From: Antedon mediterranea | Taxonomy: Eukaryota > Animalia > Echinodermata | Reading direction: 5' to 3' | Assembly (NCBI RefSeq): GCF_964355755.1 | Contig: NC_092678.1 | Coordinates: 14,100,371-14,164,370, forward strand | Length of the DNA: 64,000 bases | Shown here: positions 55,287 through 64,000 of the stretch, in pieces | How positions within the stretch are numbered: position 1 is the stretch's first letter | How the letters are laid out: every line of letters starts with the position of its first letter | Position numbers and translations under genes: made by a program | Notes under the pieces: model-generated | Told to the model about the DNA's origin: nothing | What the model saw: only the letters and a program-made list of their open reading frames with translations | The model's database searches: none

Positions 55287-56632
55287 ATGACGATGACGAT
55301 AGGATTCATTTAAGTCGCGTAAAAGAGATTCTCTTTGATCGTGTGGTACTCAGATTATTGTCGCCACGAATCTACGCCGTCACCAAAACGAATTGGAAAC
55401 CGAAAGTGCACGAAGAGAACGTGACGTTTTGTCACTTTTTATCCGATCACACCAACGTCAACTGTAGACTGATCGGCAATGATGGAACAACGAGCACTTT
55501 TTTCACCACCACCACTCCAAACTGTGTGAATGAAGCGAAAGATGTCACGACACATTTTCCGTATTTTTCGACCGATTGCCCGAGAACGGCACGCGAGTTG
55601 TTTGTGAACAGAAACTATTCGCATCGAGTTGAAACGGTGGTTTCAATGCCGCTGACAAACGGCGTAAAAGCAAGCACGTTGCTGTTTCTGTCAATGTTGC
55701 AGAATCCCACCACCACCAAGATGTTGACAGAGGCAAATGTGTTTCCGAACACAACCTTTTTACTCTTTCGAATGCCCATACAGAAAACGTGCAGCGCCAT
55801 CATGTGCCGTTCGGGACCTAATTATCGATACATGTTTTTGGGTAACGGAAAAATCGGCACGATCGAAACGAACGCCTGTTCCTACAAGACGACGTCACGC
55901 ATCGAAATTACGTACGTGGACACTAGTCCAATCGACAATACACGCGTTCAAAACAATCTAGCGGGAATAGGCTACATGCGCGGCATGGGAAGTTCGATAA
56001 TGAATTTTAAACAGACACACACAAGACAAGGACACGGAGATTTTGTAGCCGTTCCCATTCCGTCCTCGTTCAATCCAGAGTCTACTGACATAATGCAGTT
56101 GAACGGTCGAGCATCTGTCGGCGACGGTAATTCCAACCAGTCTCTGGATCTACTCGACGAAATCACAAACAAGTTCACCACCAATCCATACGCCACGGTC
56201 GGAGCGTCAGAGGCGCACATAACACTCGGTCTTCATCATCCGTTGTGGATGAACGACACCAGCAGAACGACAGGTGTTCACACCACGTTTCTATCCACCA
56301 GAAATCCACCGACACAGTACAAGGCCGACGTGGACGTGTTCATGAAACCCATCAGTCATCACGGTTTACAGGAAGACAGTAACGTTGCAATGCAAGGTCG
56401 ACAGTATTACGACAGTTCACAATTTGAGCCGTGCGCCTTCAAGTCTGTCAACAAGGGATTTTACGGAGAACACGAACACAGTTCGTCTTCGTTTCGTAAT
56501 CTATTGGACGTTTCCACGGCTAGATTTGATGAAGGCATGGTGCTCGTCGATCCCACAACCTGTCTGCCCACAGGTCGTGGAACGGACGATCAACTCATCA
56601 AAACGGGTCTTAGAAAGCGATATAGACCTTAG
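53360..56632 (+). CDS. Putative major capsid protein (HK97 fold with tower insertion)
   Basis: ~1090 aa. N-terminal beta hairpin, RGGAIVISAE strand, spine-like helix and PPDTIIVHP. Size and adjacency to the triplex gene fit. Confidence 0.65.
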
Positions 56633-57292
56633 GAAATTATACCTTTTGTATCCTGCGATCCATTGAAATTCTTTCTCGTCAAAATCCTCGTAGCATTCAC
56701 TGTGCATCTGACCGCCTTTGCATCGAATCAAGACGACTGCCGATGGACGTGTGGATAAAGCGTACGTGTTGGCCATAAACAAAGCGCCCAATTGTGCCTG
56801 AATCTTTGCTCTATCCAAAAGACATGGTTTGAAGCCGACACTACGTTTTCGAGGAGCAAGATCACGTTCTTTTATCAGCTGGGAAACGGTCATGGACGTG
56901 TTTTTAAACTCAACCACCACCGCATCTCCACTCGTACGATTCTGCATCACAAGATCTATGATTGCCACAGACGCATCACCATCGTTATCTACGGTGGCGT
57001 TGGTGACAGCACACTGCGCCTTCATAAACTCCAAGTCTAACTTTTGCAACTCTTTATTCACTTCCTCGTTGGCCATGCAACAAACTTGAGCGTCCATCTG
57101 ACGACCGACTTCCATGGCATTCTCACTGGAAAGCGAAGCTGACCCAATGTGACGCGCTCGCTTTATTTTCCATCGTTTGTCAACGTACAGTCTGTTGCAA
57201 ATCTGTTTTGTTACCGAAATCAGTTTCTTACCGTCAACAGTATACGAGCGACCAGCGCCTCTGCTTATCCTTACACGCCGATTACTTAACAT
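56501..57292 (-). CDS. PD-(D/E)XK nuclease (Cas4 / lambda-exonuclease-like)
   Basis: ISVTKQI, GRQMD, IIDLV..VVVEFKNT and AKIQAQLG motifs. Confidence 0.75.
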   Translation of the reverse strand: MLSNRRVRISRGAGRSYTVDGKKLISVTKQICNRLYVDKRWKIKRARHIGSASLSSENAMEVGRQMDAQVCCMANEEVNKELQKLDLEFMKAQCAVTNATVDNDGDASVAIIDLVMQNRTSGDAVVVEFKNTSMTVSQLIKERDLAPRKRSVGFKPCLLDRAKIQAQLGALFMANTYALSTRPSAVVLIRCKGGQMHSECYEDFDEKEFQWIAGYKRYNFLRSISLSKTRFDELIVRSTTCGQTGCGIDEHHAFIKSSRGNVQ

Positions 57293-57455
57293 GCTTTATG
57301 CTTTTATTTTTCATGCGTTGTACATTTATAATAAAAAAAAATAAAATAAAATAAATAGAATTTGTGTGTGCGTGCGTGTGTTTGTTGGAAACCATTAGTG
57401 TTTTGTTTTTGTTTTTTTATTCCATGTTAATTATAGAGAAGAAATAGATCAAACG

Positions 57456-58208
57456 ATGGGGTACGGAGACGAAATTAGCCTTCGTTCGTTTGGAAATACA
57501 TTGGCCGAGATTCCAAGCGTTTTGACCGATGCCATGCATGAGGTATACTCTCTGAAAGGTATACGAGCATGGCACGATCATTTTGTCTTGCATCTTCAGA
57601 AACTGTTTTACATGTTGGGCGTGTTGATTTCTGCCATATTTCTTGTGAACGAAAGTGAACGAGTTGAACGACATCCAGGTCAGATTGATTTTGTGTTTGT
57701 CAGTCGTCCACTTTTGTACGCCGTTGGAGCAGATGTGTTTACGATCATCGTAAACTTTCTTTATCTCATGACTCGTTTCACGTTGGAGAAACATTTGATC
57801 AGATACAAACAACCGGCCGTATGGGAACGCATGGTGCTGCACACCGTACCAGTTATCGCTGCCGTATTGCTTGGCCTTTTGGCGTACAGTATACCGTACT
57901 GTTACTTGACAACGCAATACATGAACGAACCTTTCTGCAGCTCTTCATTCACGCCAACCACCGACCGCGTTCTACTCATACTCACCGTCGTAGCGTCTGT
58001 ATGCCATATGATATACGGCGTTTATCATCATTGGCGCTCCACCAGTACCGTGCATTCAAAAAATTCTACAGCGATGGATGATGAAAACGATTACGAATAC
58101 TCGAGTCTTCTTAACGTGTCGGACGAGAGACGTTCTACCGGAAGAGGAGGAGGAGGAGGAGGAGGAGGAGGAGGAGGAAGAACGCACAGAAACATGACTC
58201 GACGATAG
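57456..58208 (+). CDS. Multi-pass membrane protein (~4 TM)
   Basis: Four hydrophobic helices and a cytoplasmic tail with acidic and YxxL motifs (DDENDYEYSSLL). Confidence 0.75.
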   Translation: MGYGDEISLRSFGNTLAEIPSVLTDAMHEVYSLKGIRAWHDHFVLHLQKLFYMLGVLISAIFLVNESERVERHPGQIDFVFVSRPLLYAVGADVFTIIVNFLYLMTRFTLEKHLIRYKQPAVWERMVLHTVPVIAAVLLGLLAYSIPYCYLTTQYMNEPFCSSSFTPTTDRVLLILTVVASVCHMIYGVYHHWRSTSTVHSKNSTAMDDENDYEYSSLLNVSDERRSTGRGGGGGGGGGGGRTHRNMTRR

Positions 58209-58266
58209 TATTTAAGTGTATTTGTCTTTAAAAAAAAAAAACAAACAAAAACATTACAAAAAAAAA

Positions 58267-60285
58267 ATGTCAGGTGGACACAAAAGATATCTCACACAGG
58301 CGACGGGCTATCCGTTGGCCGTGAAATCGTCACGATTACGATACGGTGATGTCGCGCGACCGTCTATCGGTGGATACGGACCGTGTTATCCATCCATCAG
58401 CGACAAACATTTGAAAGTGTACCGAGTTGGCAACGATCAGAGAGCCGAATTGCCAATTCTAGAAGATAAAGTTAAAGAGGAGACAATGATGCCGATGCGC
58501 GAATTTATACGTTCACTCGATCACGTGCTGGAAAAAGACTGTATCACAATTAGTCAAATGGTGAGTGTGGCGAAAAATCGCCCAATTGGTGCTGGAATCG
58601 CAGACACGCTATTCAAACTGGTATCTGAACATCAGCAGCGATACACCGTGTACACGCTACGATCGACAGCAAAGATGAAAGCGGCCAATCTGAGAGGAAA
58701 ACTATCGGACGTCGGACACGATCCAAGTTCTTTAGACAAATTCAGTTCAGCAGCCGCTTTCGGCCGTGTTGAATCGGTGGCCATCGCGTCCACTCGAATG
58801 GCCAAACAATACTGGCGTATGCTCAACGAGTACATGGTCAAGAACGGCAAGGCGTTTCCTCTGGCCAGTGCTCGAATGAATCAGATGACGGTGTTGATGT
58901 TGTCGCGGTTGTGCTGCACAATGAAATGTCATATTTTCAAGAGCGAACCAAAGGCCATTGTTCTCATTTCCGAAAACCTCATGTCCACAATAGACTCGGT
59001 GCTCGAAGATCAAGGGCACGGTAACATGAAATTCAGTACATTGACTCGAACGGTGCTAAAACGTTTAGGAATCGGTGGTGGTGGTGGTGGTGGTATCATG
59101 AGATATCTGAGAGAATACGACTGGTATCAGAGATCAGCACGGCTGGTAAGAATCGGTGCCGAAATTTTCGAGAAAGAAATTTGCGCAGATGATCAACCGC
59201 CCGAGCGTCGAACGGTGATTGCAGCCGGCGTAGACGAAGATTCACAACTGCTCGTCATGTTACGTCTGCGTTGTCGGCTCAGAAAGTGCAATCATAGATT
59301 CAAAAACGACTACAATCGTACCAAGCACATGGAACGTGAACACCTTTACACGACGGCCGACATCAAATTAGCCACCGACATTGACACGTCCGACACGAGT
59401 AGACGGTACGAGCTGGTGAACGAACATGCAGTACTTGCACAGTATCCCTTTCTGGAAGATTTATCAGCCGGTGAAATTCATCCGGATTTTGTGAAACGAT
59501 CAAAAGAATTCTGTGAGATACACATTGAAAATCTGTTTCGATTGAACATCATCGAAAACGAATTGAAAATGTGGAATAAAATGAAAGTATTGGACGAGGC
59601 GTGCCGTGCTCAGAAACAATGGCGTTTAGAAACGATGCAAGAGGCCAAACAATTTATCGTTGACGAAGATCGGTACAACTCAATCATGGCCACGTCTACA
59701 ACCATCAGTCGAAGAAGAATCGACGAGAACAGAACGGACACAAACTTTATATTGAACATGAAAAAAACAGTGGACGAGAATCCGATGGTGAAACTAATGC
59801 GAATGAACGAGACCGATTTCAATCATACGGTTGAAAATAACGACGGAGTGGACATGAGCAGCTTAACCAACAAAACGTTGGCATACGACGGCGAGGCATT
59901 ACAGAGCAGCGCCAGACGTCAAATGCTGAACGCAGTTAGATTATCAAGTCGTCAATTGGACCCCGAAGGTGAGATTGCAATTCGAAACGTTACAGAACGA
60001 CTGAAAGCCACCACCGATGCCGTTCACAACAACAGCGATGAAGAAGAAGAAGAAGAAGACAAGGATGATGATGATGAAAAAGAAGACCATCGTTATTGCG
60101 AATTGCGTAGAGGTCGTGGCAACGACGACGACGATGACGACGATAACGAGTCTCATAGTTTAGTGCTCCTGAAACCAACCGAAATCCGTGTGCATAGACT
60201 GGACGCGTTCAAAGAGATTAAAAACATCGTTGACGGTGTCATGGACACTCACAATTTGATCAAGCCACCGCCGCCACCGCCATGA
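58267..60285 (+). CDS. Large protein with one C2H2 zinc finger
   Basis: CRLRKCNHRFKNDYNRTKHMEREH. Confidence 0.75.
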   Translation: MSGGHKRYLTQATGYPLAVKSSRLRYGDVARPSIGGYGPCYPSISDKHLKVYRVGNDQRAELPILEDKVKEETMMPMREFIRSLDHVLEKDCITISQMVSVAKNRPIGAGIADTLFKLVSEHQQRYTVYTLRSTAKMKAANLRGKLSDVGHDPSSLDKFSSAAAFGRVESVAIASTRMAKQYWRMLNEYMVKNGKAFPLASARMNQMTVLMLSRLCCTMKCHIFKSEPKAIVLISENLMSTIDSVLEDQGHGNMKFSTLTRTVLKRLGIGGGGGGGIMRYLREYDWYQRSARLVRIGAEIFEKEICADDQPPERRTVIAAGVDEDSQLLVMLRLRCRLRKCNHRFKNDYNRTKHMEREHLYTTADIKLATDIDTSDTSRRYELVNEHAVLAQYPFLEDLSAGEIHPDFVKRSKEFCEIHIENLFRLNIIENELKMWNKMKVLDEACRAQKQWRLETMQEAKQFIVDEDRYNSIMATSTTISRRRIDENRTDTNFILNMKKTVDENPMVKLMRMNETDFNHTVENNDGVDMSSLTNKTLAYDGEALQSSARRQMLNAVRLSSRQLDPEGEIAIRNVTERLKATTDAVHNNSDEEEEEEDKDDDDEKEDHRYCELRRGRGNDDDDDDDNESHSLVLLKPTEIRVHRLDAFKEIKNIVDGVMDTHNLIKPPPPPP

Positions 60286-61286
60286 ACAATATAGTGAATT
60301 TTACAAGAACAAAGTTTCGACTCAGTGACGCCGGTCAACGAGCCACCTTCAAATACTGCTTTGGTCAATTGCAAAACGTTGCACGACTCGACAAAGAAGA
60401 TGAACGTCGAAAAGCTGTTGTGGCCATATTTGCCGATGTCTTCAAATTCTTCAACTCTAATCAATCTGGTCAACTCAACAGACTGTATGCGAAACGAAAG
60501 TACTCTCGTTTCGATCCGTTCCGAAGAGTTGTCGAGGTGAACGAGTCGGATGCCTACGAAACACCATCCGACAGACAAGCAATTGTAGATATACCACCGT
60601 CCGGTCGGCTATCAATTACCATGGAATACAACGAATCTGACGATAACTCCTCGTCGTACGCGAAAGAAGTTGTGGAATTACAGCGTGAAACCTGTGCCAT
60701 ATGCATGTACGAATATGGATGTCATTCTCTCGAAGCTTTGCCTTGTGCTACAATTGCAAGCGGAGGAGACTTTACAGCATGCAGCACAGTCGATTGGAAC
60801 GGTGCGCACATATTTCACATGTCCTGCATTCGAGAGATGATACGAAATCGTGCCAAAGACACGAGAGCCAACCGAGTTGAATGTCCCACGTGTCGTGTCA
60901 CCATTCACGATGCGGACGCGTTGAACGTGATTAGAATGAAACTTGTTCAAGCAAATTTCGAGGGAGACGTTGACGATTATGATGACGACGTGTTCAATGC
61001 AAAAACTGGACATCATGTTGCCGTAACGTGCCAACAGGATTTAGATCGATTAAAGGACTCTGTGAAGAAATTGTACAAACAAAAGGATATGAGTATAAAT
61101 TGCTCGAGAACTAACGCCAACAACAAACCGTACGAGCTCGGTCTAGTAAACTGGTACTCGGACACGTCTGAAGATGTCACCGAAGATGTTGATTTGTTTA
61201 TTGCTAAACTCGCCACAGAGAATAAGATATCGGATAATCATGAAGCTCAACTACCGTCGTCATTTACTCCAAAAATCATATCTTAA
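60282..61286 (+). CDS. RING-H2 finger protein (E3 ligase candidate)
   Basis: CAIC...C...HIFHMSCI...CPTCR; ATGA overlap with the upstream gene. Confidence 0.8.
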   Translation: MNNIVNFTRTKFRLSDAGQRATFKYCFGQLQNVARLDKEDERRKAVVAIFADVFKFFNSNQSGQLNRLYAKRKYSRFDPFRRVVEVNESDAYETPSDRQAIVDIPPSGRLSITMEYNESDDNSSSYAKEVVELQRETCAICMYEYGCHSLEALPCATIASGGDFTACSTVDWNGAHIFHMSCIREMIRNRAKDTRANRVECPTCRVTIHDADALNVIRMKLVQANFEGDVDDYDDDVFNAKTGHHVAVTCQQDLDRLKDSVKKLYKQKDMSINCSRTNANNKPYELGLVNWYSDTSEDVTEDVDLFIAKLATENKISDNHEAQLPSSFTPKIIS

Positions 61287-61968
61287 ATATTTGTGTCATT
61301 AATCTTATTCACGAATTAAGTTTTAGAAATAAAAGAAATATGAAATAACTGGCTTTATAATTTCTTTCAAGGCAATTAAGATATGATTATCTTAAAAATT
61401 ATCTTATCTTATAGATTACTTCCGATAGATTATCAACAATTAGAAAACAGCCTTTGAAGTTCAGTGGTTCTATTCTATCCACAACACATTCTCCTTGGAT
61501 ACCATTAGTTATTATTAATGGATCTACATTAAATGTTACACACTTGAACAATGAATACGAATAAAGATTACACTTTAATTTCTTTCAATTTTATTATCAT
61601 CTTCATATATAAAATCAACAATTAAAAATGCATAATTATGTTGATTAATGGATTATTTTGAGCACACAATCTGTTAACATAACTCACTTCTACTCTAGAT
61701 CGTGATTAGATTGACTATTCCAACTTTCAAAGCTAATTATAGCAATATAGCTTTTGCGACACAAGGCGACCCATATATTATTATGAAAGTCAAACGTTTG
61801 TTTGTGATTTTTATTTTTATTTTTTTTCTTTCTTCGAGATAATAATATCTTGGTAAACGTTATGCAAAGTCGAGTCTTGACAACACTAAAATTGTTGTAC
61901 TTTTATTGTACACTAGAGAATTCATATTTACGAGATTCAGAAAATTTTCAAAAACAAAAACAAAAACG

Positions 61969-62553
61969 ATGAGAGTGAACGTTATGCAAAGTAATATATC
62001 GAGTCTTGATTTGAGAATTCTACTTGCATCGTGTCCAGATGGCACGCATTGTTGCATCGACTGTTCTCGTCTTGTAGGTGTGGTACGATTCTCTTGTGAA
62101 AGTCAATGCGACTGTGCAATAGCAAAGCTGGGTATACCCTACGATCATCAATCGTTTGGAAACAAAACACATCCGAGCATAGCATTGGTGGCAAAACGCA
62201 CAGCTCCGTTTTGTTCATCGGTCGTGATCGATGATGACGTGGCGGTGTTTATGGACGTCAAACACATAGACTGGTTCACCGTTCAACTGTTGTGCATGTC
62301 TTTCGACATGGAAGCTGTCGTCGATCTGAAAGAGAAAACGTTAACCGTTCAAAACGTTATAATAGAGGAAGATGATAAAACAGATTTGGCACATTTGAAA
62401 ACAGAAAGATACACCTTAGCGATGCGCTACATTAAGAGCAAGGAGAAGAAGAAGAATAAGAAGAAGAGAAATACTAAAAAGAAGAACCGATTGTGGTATG
62501 AAACGTTTCGTTGTCGGATACGTGGTGACAGAAGTGACAGCGGTGGTCGTTGA
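61969..62553 (+). CDS. Hypothetical Cys-rich protein with basic tail
   Basis: ATG ORF overlapping the protease start. Confidence 0.55.
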   Translation: MRVNVMQSNISSLDLRILLASCPDGTHCCIDCSRLVGVVRFSCESQCDCAIAKLGIPYDHQSFGNKTHPSIALVAKRTAPFCSSVVIDDDVAVFMDVKHIDWFTVQLLCMSFDMEAVVDLKEKTLTVQNVIIEEDDKTDLAHLKTERYTLAMRYIKSKEKKKNKKKRNTKKKNRLWYETFRCRIRGDRSDSGGR

Positions 62554-63730
62554 CAAAGAATATGATGTAACGCCTGACGTGATAGATCGATGGAAACTCA
62601 TCGGATTGCCGGTTCGATGGAAACACGTGAAAGCACGTAAGAACGGTGTTGGAATACATTCATCGGGAGGCATCGGTACGGTTCTAGATTGGTGGCGAGA
62701 CAATACACATCCAGACGCACACGAAGAAGGAACAGGTGCAGTGGCCGTTCTTATAGAGATCACGAATGAACCGTTTTTACGCAGTCCATTCTCACAGCAT
62801 CTAAACTGTCTGTCACTCAGCTACAGACGCGCCGATCACACTAAATGCGTTGAAGTTTCTCTCGTGGAGATTGGTCAACGAAAAGGTACAGTGGCCGTGT
62901 TCTGTAGTGACGAGCGCAGCGCCAGACGTACAGCAGAAAAAAGATTTGGATATAAACGTCGTCGCAAAGTAAAAGAGGAAAAAGAAGGTGCAATGTCTGT
63001 GAAGAAGGAAGAAAATTTGCTGGCGGAATTGGAAGTAGTGAAAGATATGGCGAACACGTTACCACCGGAAAAACTCGATGCTCTACTCTCGCTGTTGAAA
63101 GACAAGGAAGAGAGCAACGTAAAAGACAAACAAAAAATCAAGGAAGAGGTGGATCTCTTGCGTGAACAATTCGGTGACTTTATACTCCGTTTGAGAGAAA
63201 CGATGGAGGGAAGACTCGGACCTGAATACAATAAGCAAATGAAAGACTTTAAAGCGGTGACGGATCGATGGGACACGGATCCTGGTATTGACGTTGCCGC
63301 CTCGTTTAAGGCCGCCAATGATCTCATCGATGATGCCACCTTGAACATGGCAAACAAGACCGAATTGGGTGATTTGCTCAAGCGCCGTTTTCCAAAAATG
63401 GAAGATCAAGTGAACGTTACAAACGCTACATCATTGAGCGAAATACTAGACATTCACAAGCGATTGTTGACAAAAAACAACGAGAATACGATTAACGTCT
63501 GCAACGATTACTTCAAAACAGTCGAACAACGAATCAAAAATAATACAATGAACGATCATGGTAATAGAAAACGTAAACACAAAACGAATGAACCGCCAGA
63601 GAAAAAACTTAAAGCCACCGCCGCCGCCGCCGCAGCAGGAGCCACCACCACAGACGATGAATTTGAAAAACGTATAAACAGTCTCGAGAAACTTACAGAA
63701 ATGTTGGGCAAACAACTGCTAAACTGCTAA
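62498..63730 (+). CDS. Capsid maturation protease (assemblin fold) fused to scaffold
   Basis: LPVRWKH (His), GIGTV, CLSLSY (Ser) and VEVSLVEIGQRKGTVAVF (oxyanion loop, cf. HVALCSxGRRxGTxAVY). Coiled-coil C-half ending in an amphipathic helix. Confidence 0.85.
   Translation: MKRFVVGYVVTEVTAVVVDKEYDVTPDVIDRWKLIGLPVRWKHVKARKNGVGIHSSGGIGTVLDWWRDNTHPDAHEEGTGAVAVLIEITNEPFLRSPFSQHLNCLSLSYRRADHTKCVEVSLVEIGQRKGTVAVFCSDERSARRTAEKRFGYKRRRKVKEEKEGAMSVKKEENLLAELEVVKDMANTLPPEKLDALLSLLKDKEESNVKDKQKIKEEVDLLREQFGDFILRLRETMEGRLGPEYNKQMKDFKAVTDRWDTDPGIDVAASFKAANDLIDDATLNMANKTELGDLLKRRFPKMEDQVNVTNATSLSEILDIHKRLLTKNNENTINVCNDYFKTVEQRIKNNTMNDHGNRKRKHKTNEPPEKKLKATAAAAAAGATTTDDEFEKRINSLEKLTEMLGKQLLNC
62951..62956 (+). 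promoter_or_regulatory. Candidate internal TATA box for a nested scaffold ORF (62993..63730)
   Basis: TATAAA begins 42 nt upstream of in-frame ATG 62993, just after the protease domain. Confidence 0.5.
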
Positions 63731-63795
63731 AAAAAAAATAAAATTCAATAATAAATAAACAACTTGTTTGTTTTTTTCTTTGTGGTTTTTTATTC

Positions 63796-64000
63796 TCACA
63801 ATACATTGCAATTACACGAGTAACTTGCGTCCATGTCTTCTACACCGAGTGTAACATTGTCCAACAGTCTACGTCGGCCAATAAACGATGGTGGGTTCAC
63901 GACTTCATCACCGGTACGCAGACAACGTCTAAGTCTGTCTCGTTTGATTTTGTTCTCGTCAATACACAAATCAGCTTCTATCACTGTCAAAACAATGGAA
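63796..64000 (-). CDS. 3' end of a gene entering from beyond the window
   Basis: Open frame to the window edge, convergent with the protease gene across an A/T-rich polyA region. Confidence 0.5.
   Translation of the reverse strand, partial: SIVLTVIEADLCIDENKIKRDRLRRCLRTGDEVVNPPSFIGRRRLLDNVTLGVEDMDASYSCNCNVL

Noticed and set aside
56501-57292. Cas4 of a CRISPR system
   Set aside because: No Fe-S cysteine set, cas genes or array; treated as a viral PD-(D/E)XK nuclease.
57456-58208. Viral GPCR
   Set aside because: Only about four TM helices and no DRY/NPxxY motifs.

Overview
The window reads as AT-rich animal (probably invertebrate) DNA carrying about 57 kb of a gene-dense, herpes-like virus (HK97 fold, Duplodnaviria) that looks endogenous and runs off the right edge. 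At ~0.6-5.3 kb are two nested non-autonomous Helentron/HINE-type elements with tRNA-like cores, one of them a 1561-bp tandem dimer. At ~6.3-8.0 kb are a decayed and an intact intron-containing two-DED (vFLIP-like) gene, separated by a Penelope-type minimal hammerhead ribozyme. The viral block from ~8 kb includes a three-exon terminase whose 9.9-kb first intron falls at the same position as in HSV UL15 and holds seven genes. It also has a capsid protease with a probable nested scaffold and candidate major capsid, triplex and portal genes. Other genes encode a PrimPol/UL52-like primase, XPG/FEN1, PD-(D/E)XK and HNH nucleases, UL92- and UL49-like Zn proteins, two Snf7/ESCRT-III-like proteins, LamG- and Ig-repeat secreted proteins, and RING and C2H2 proteins. 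A TA-flanked pogo/Tigger-type MITE inside the viral block and two in-frame TGA breaks point to residence in a host chromosome. No DNA polymerase, helicase, transposase/integrase or clear virus-host junction is visible. All assignments come from motifs read by eye; no searches were run.
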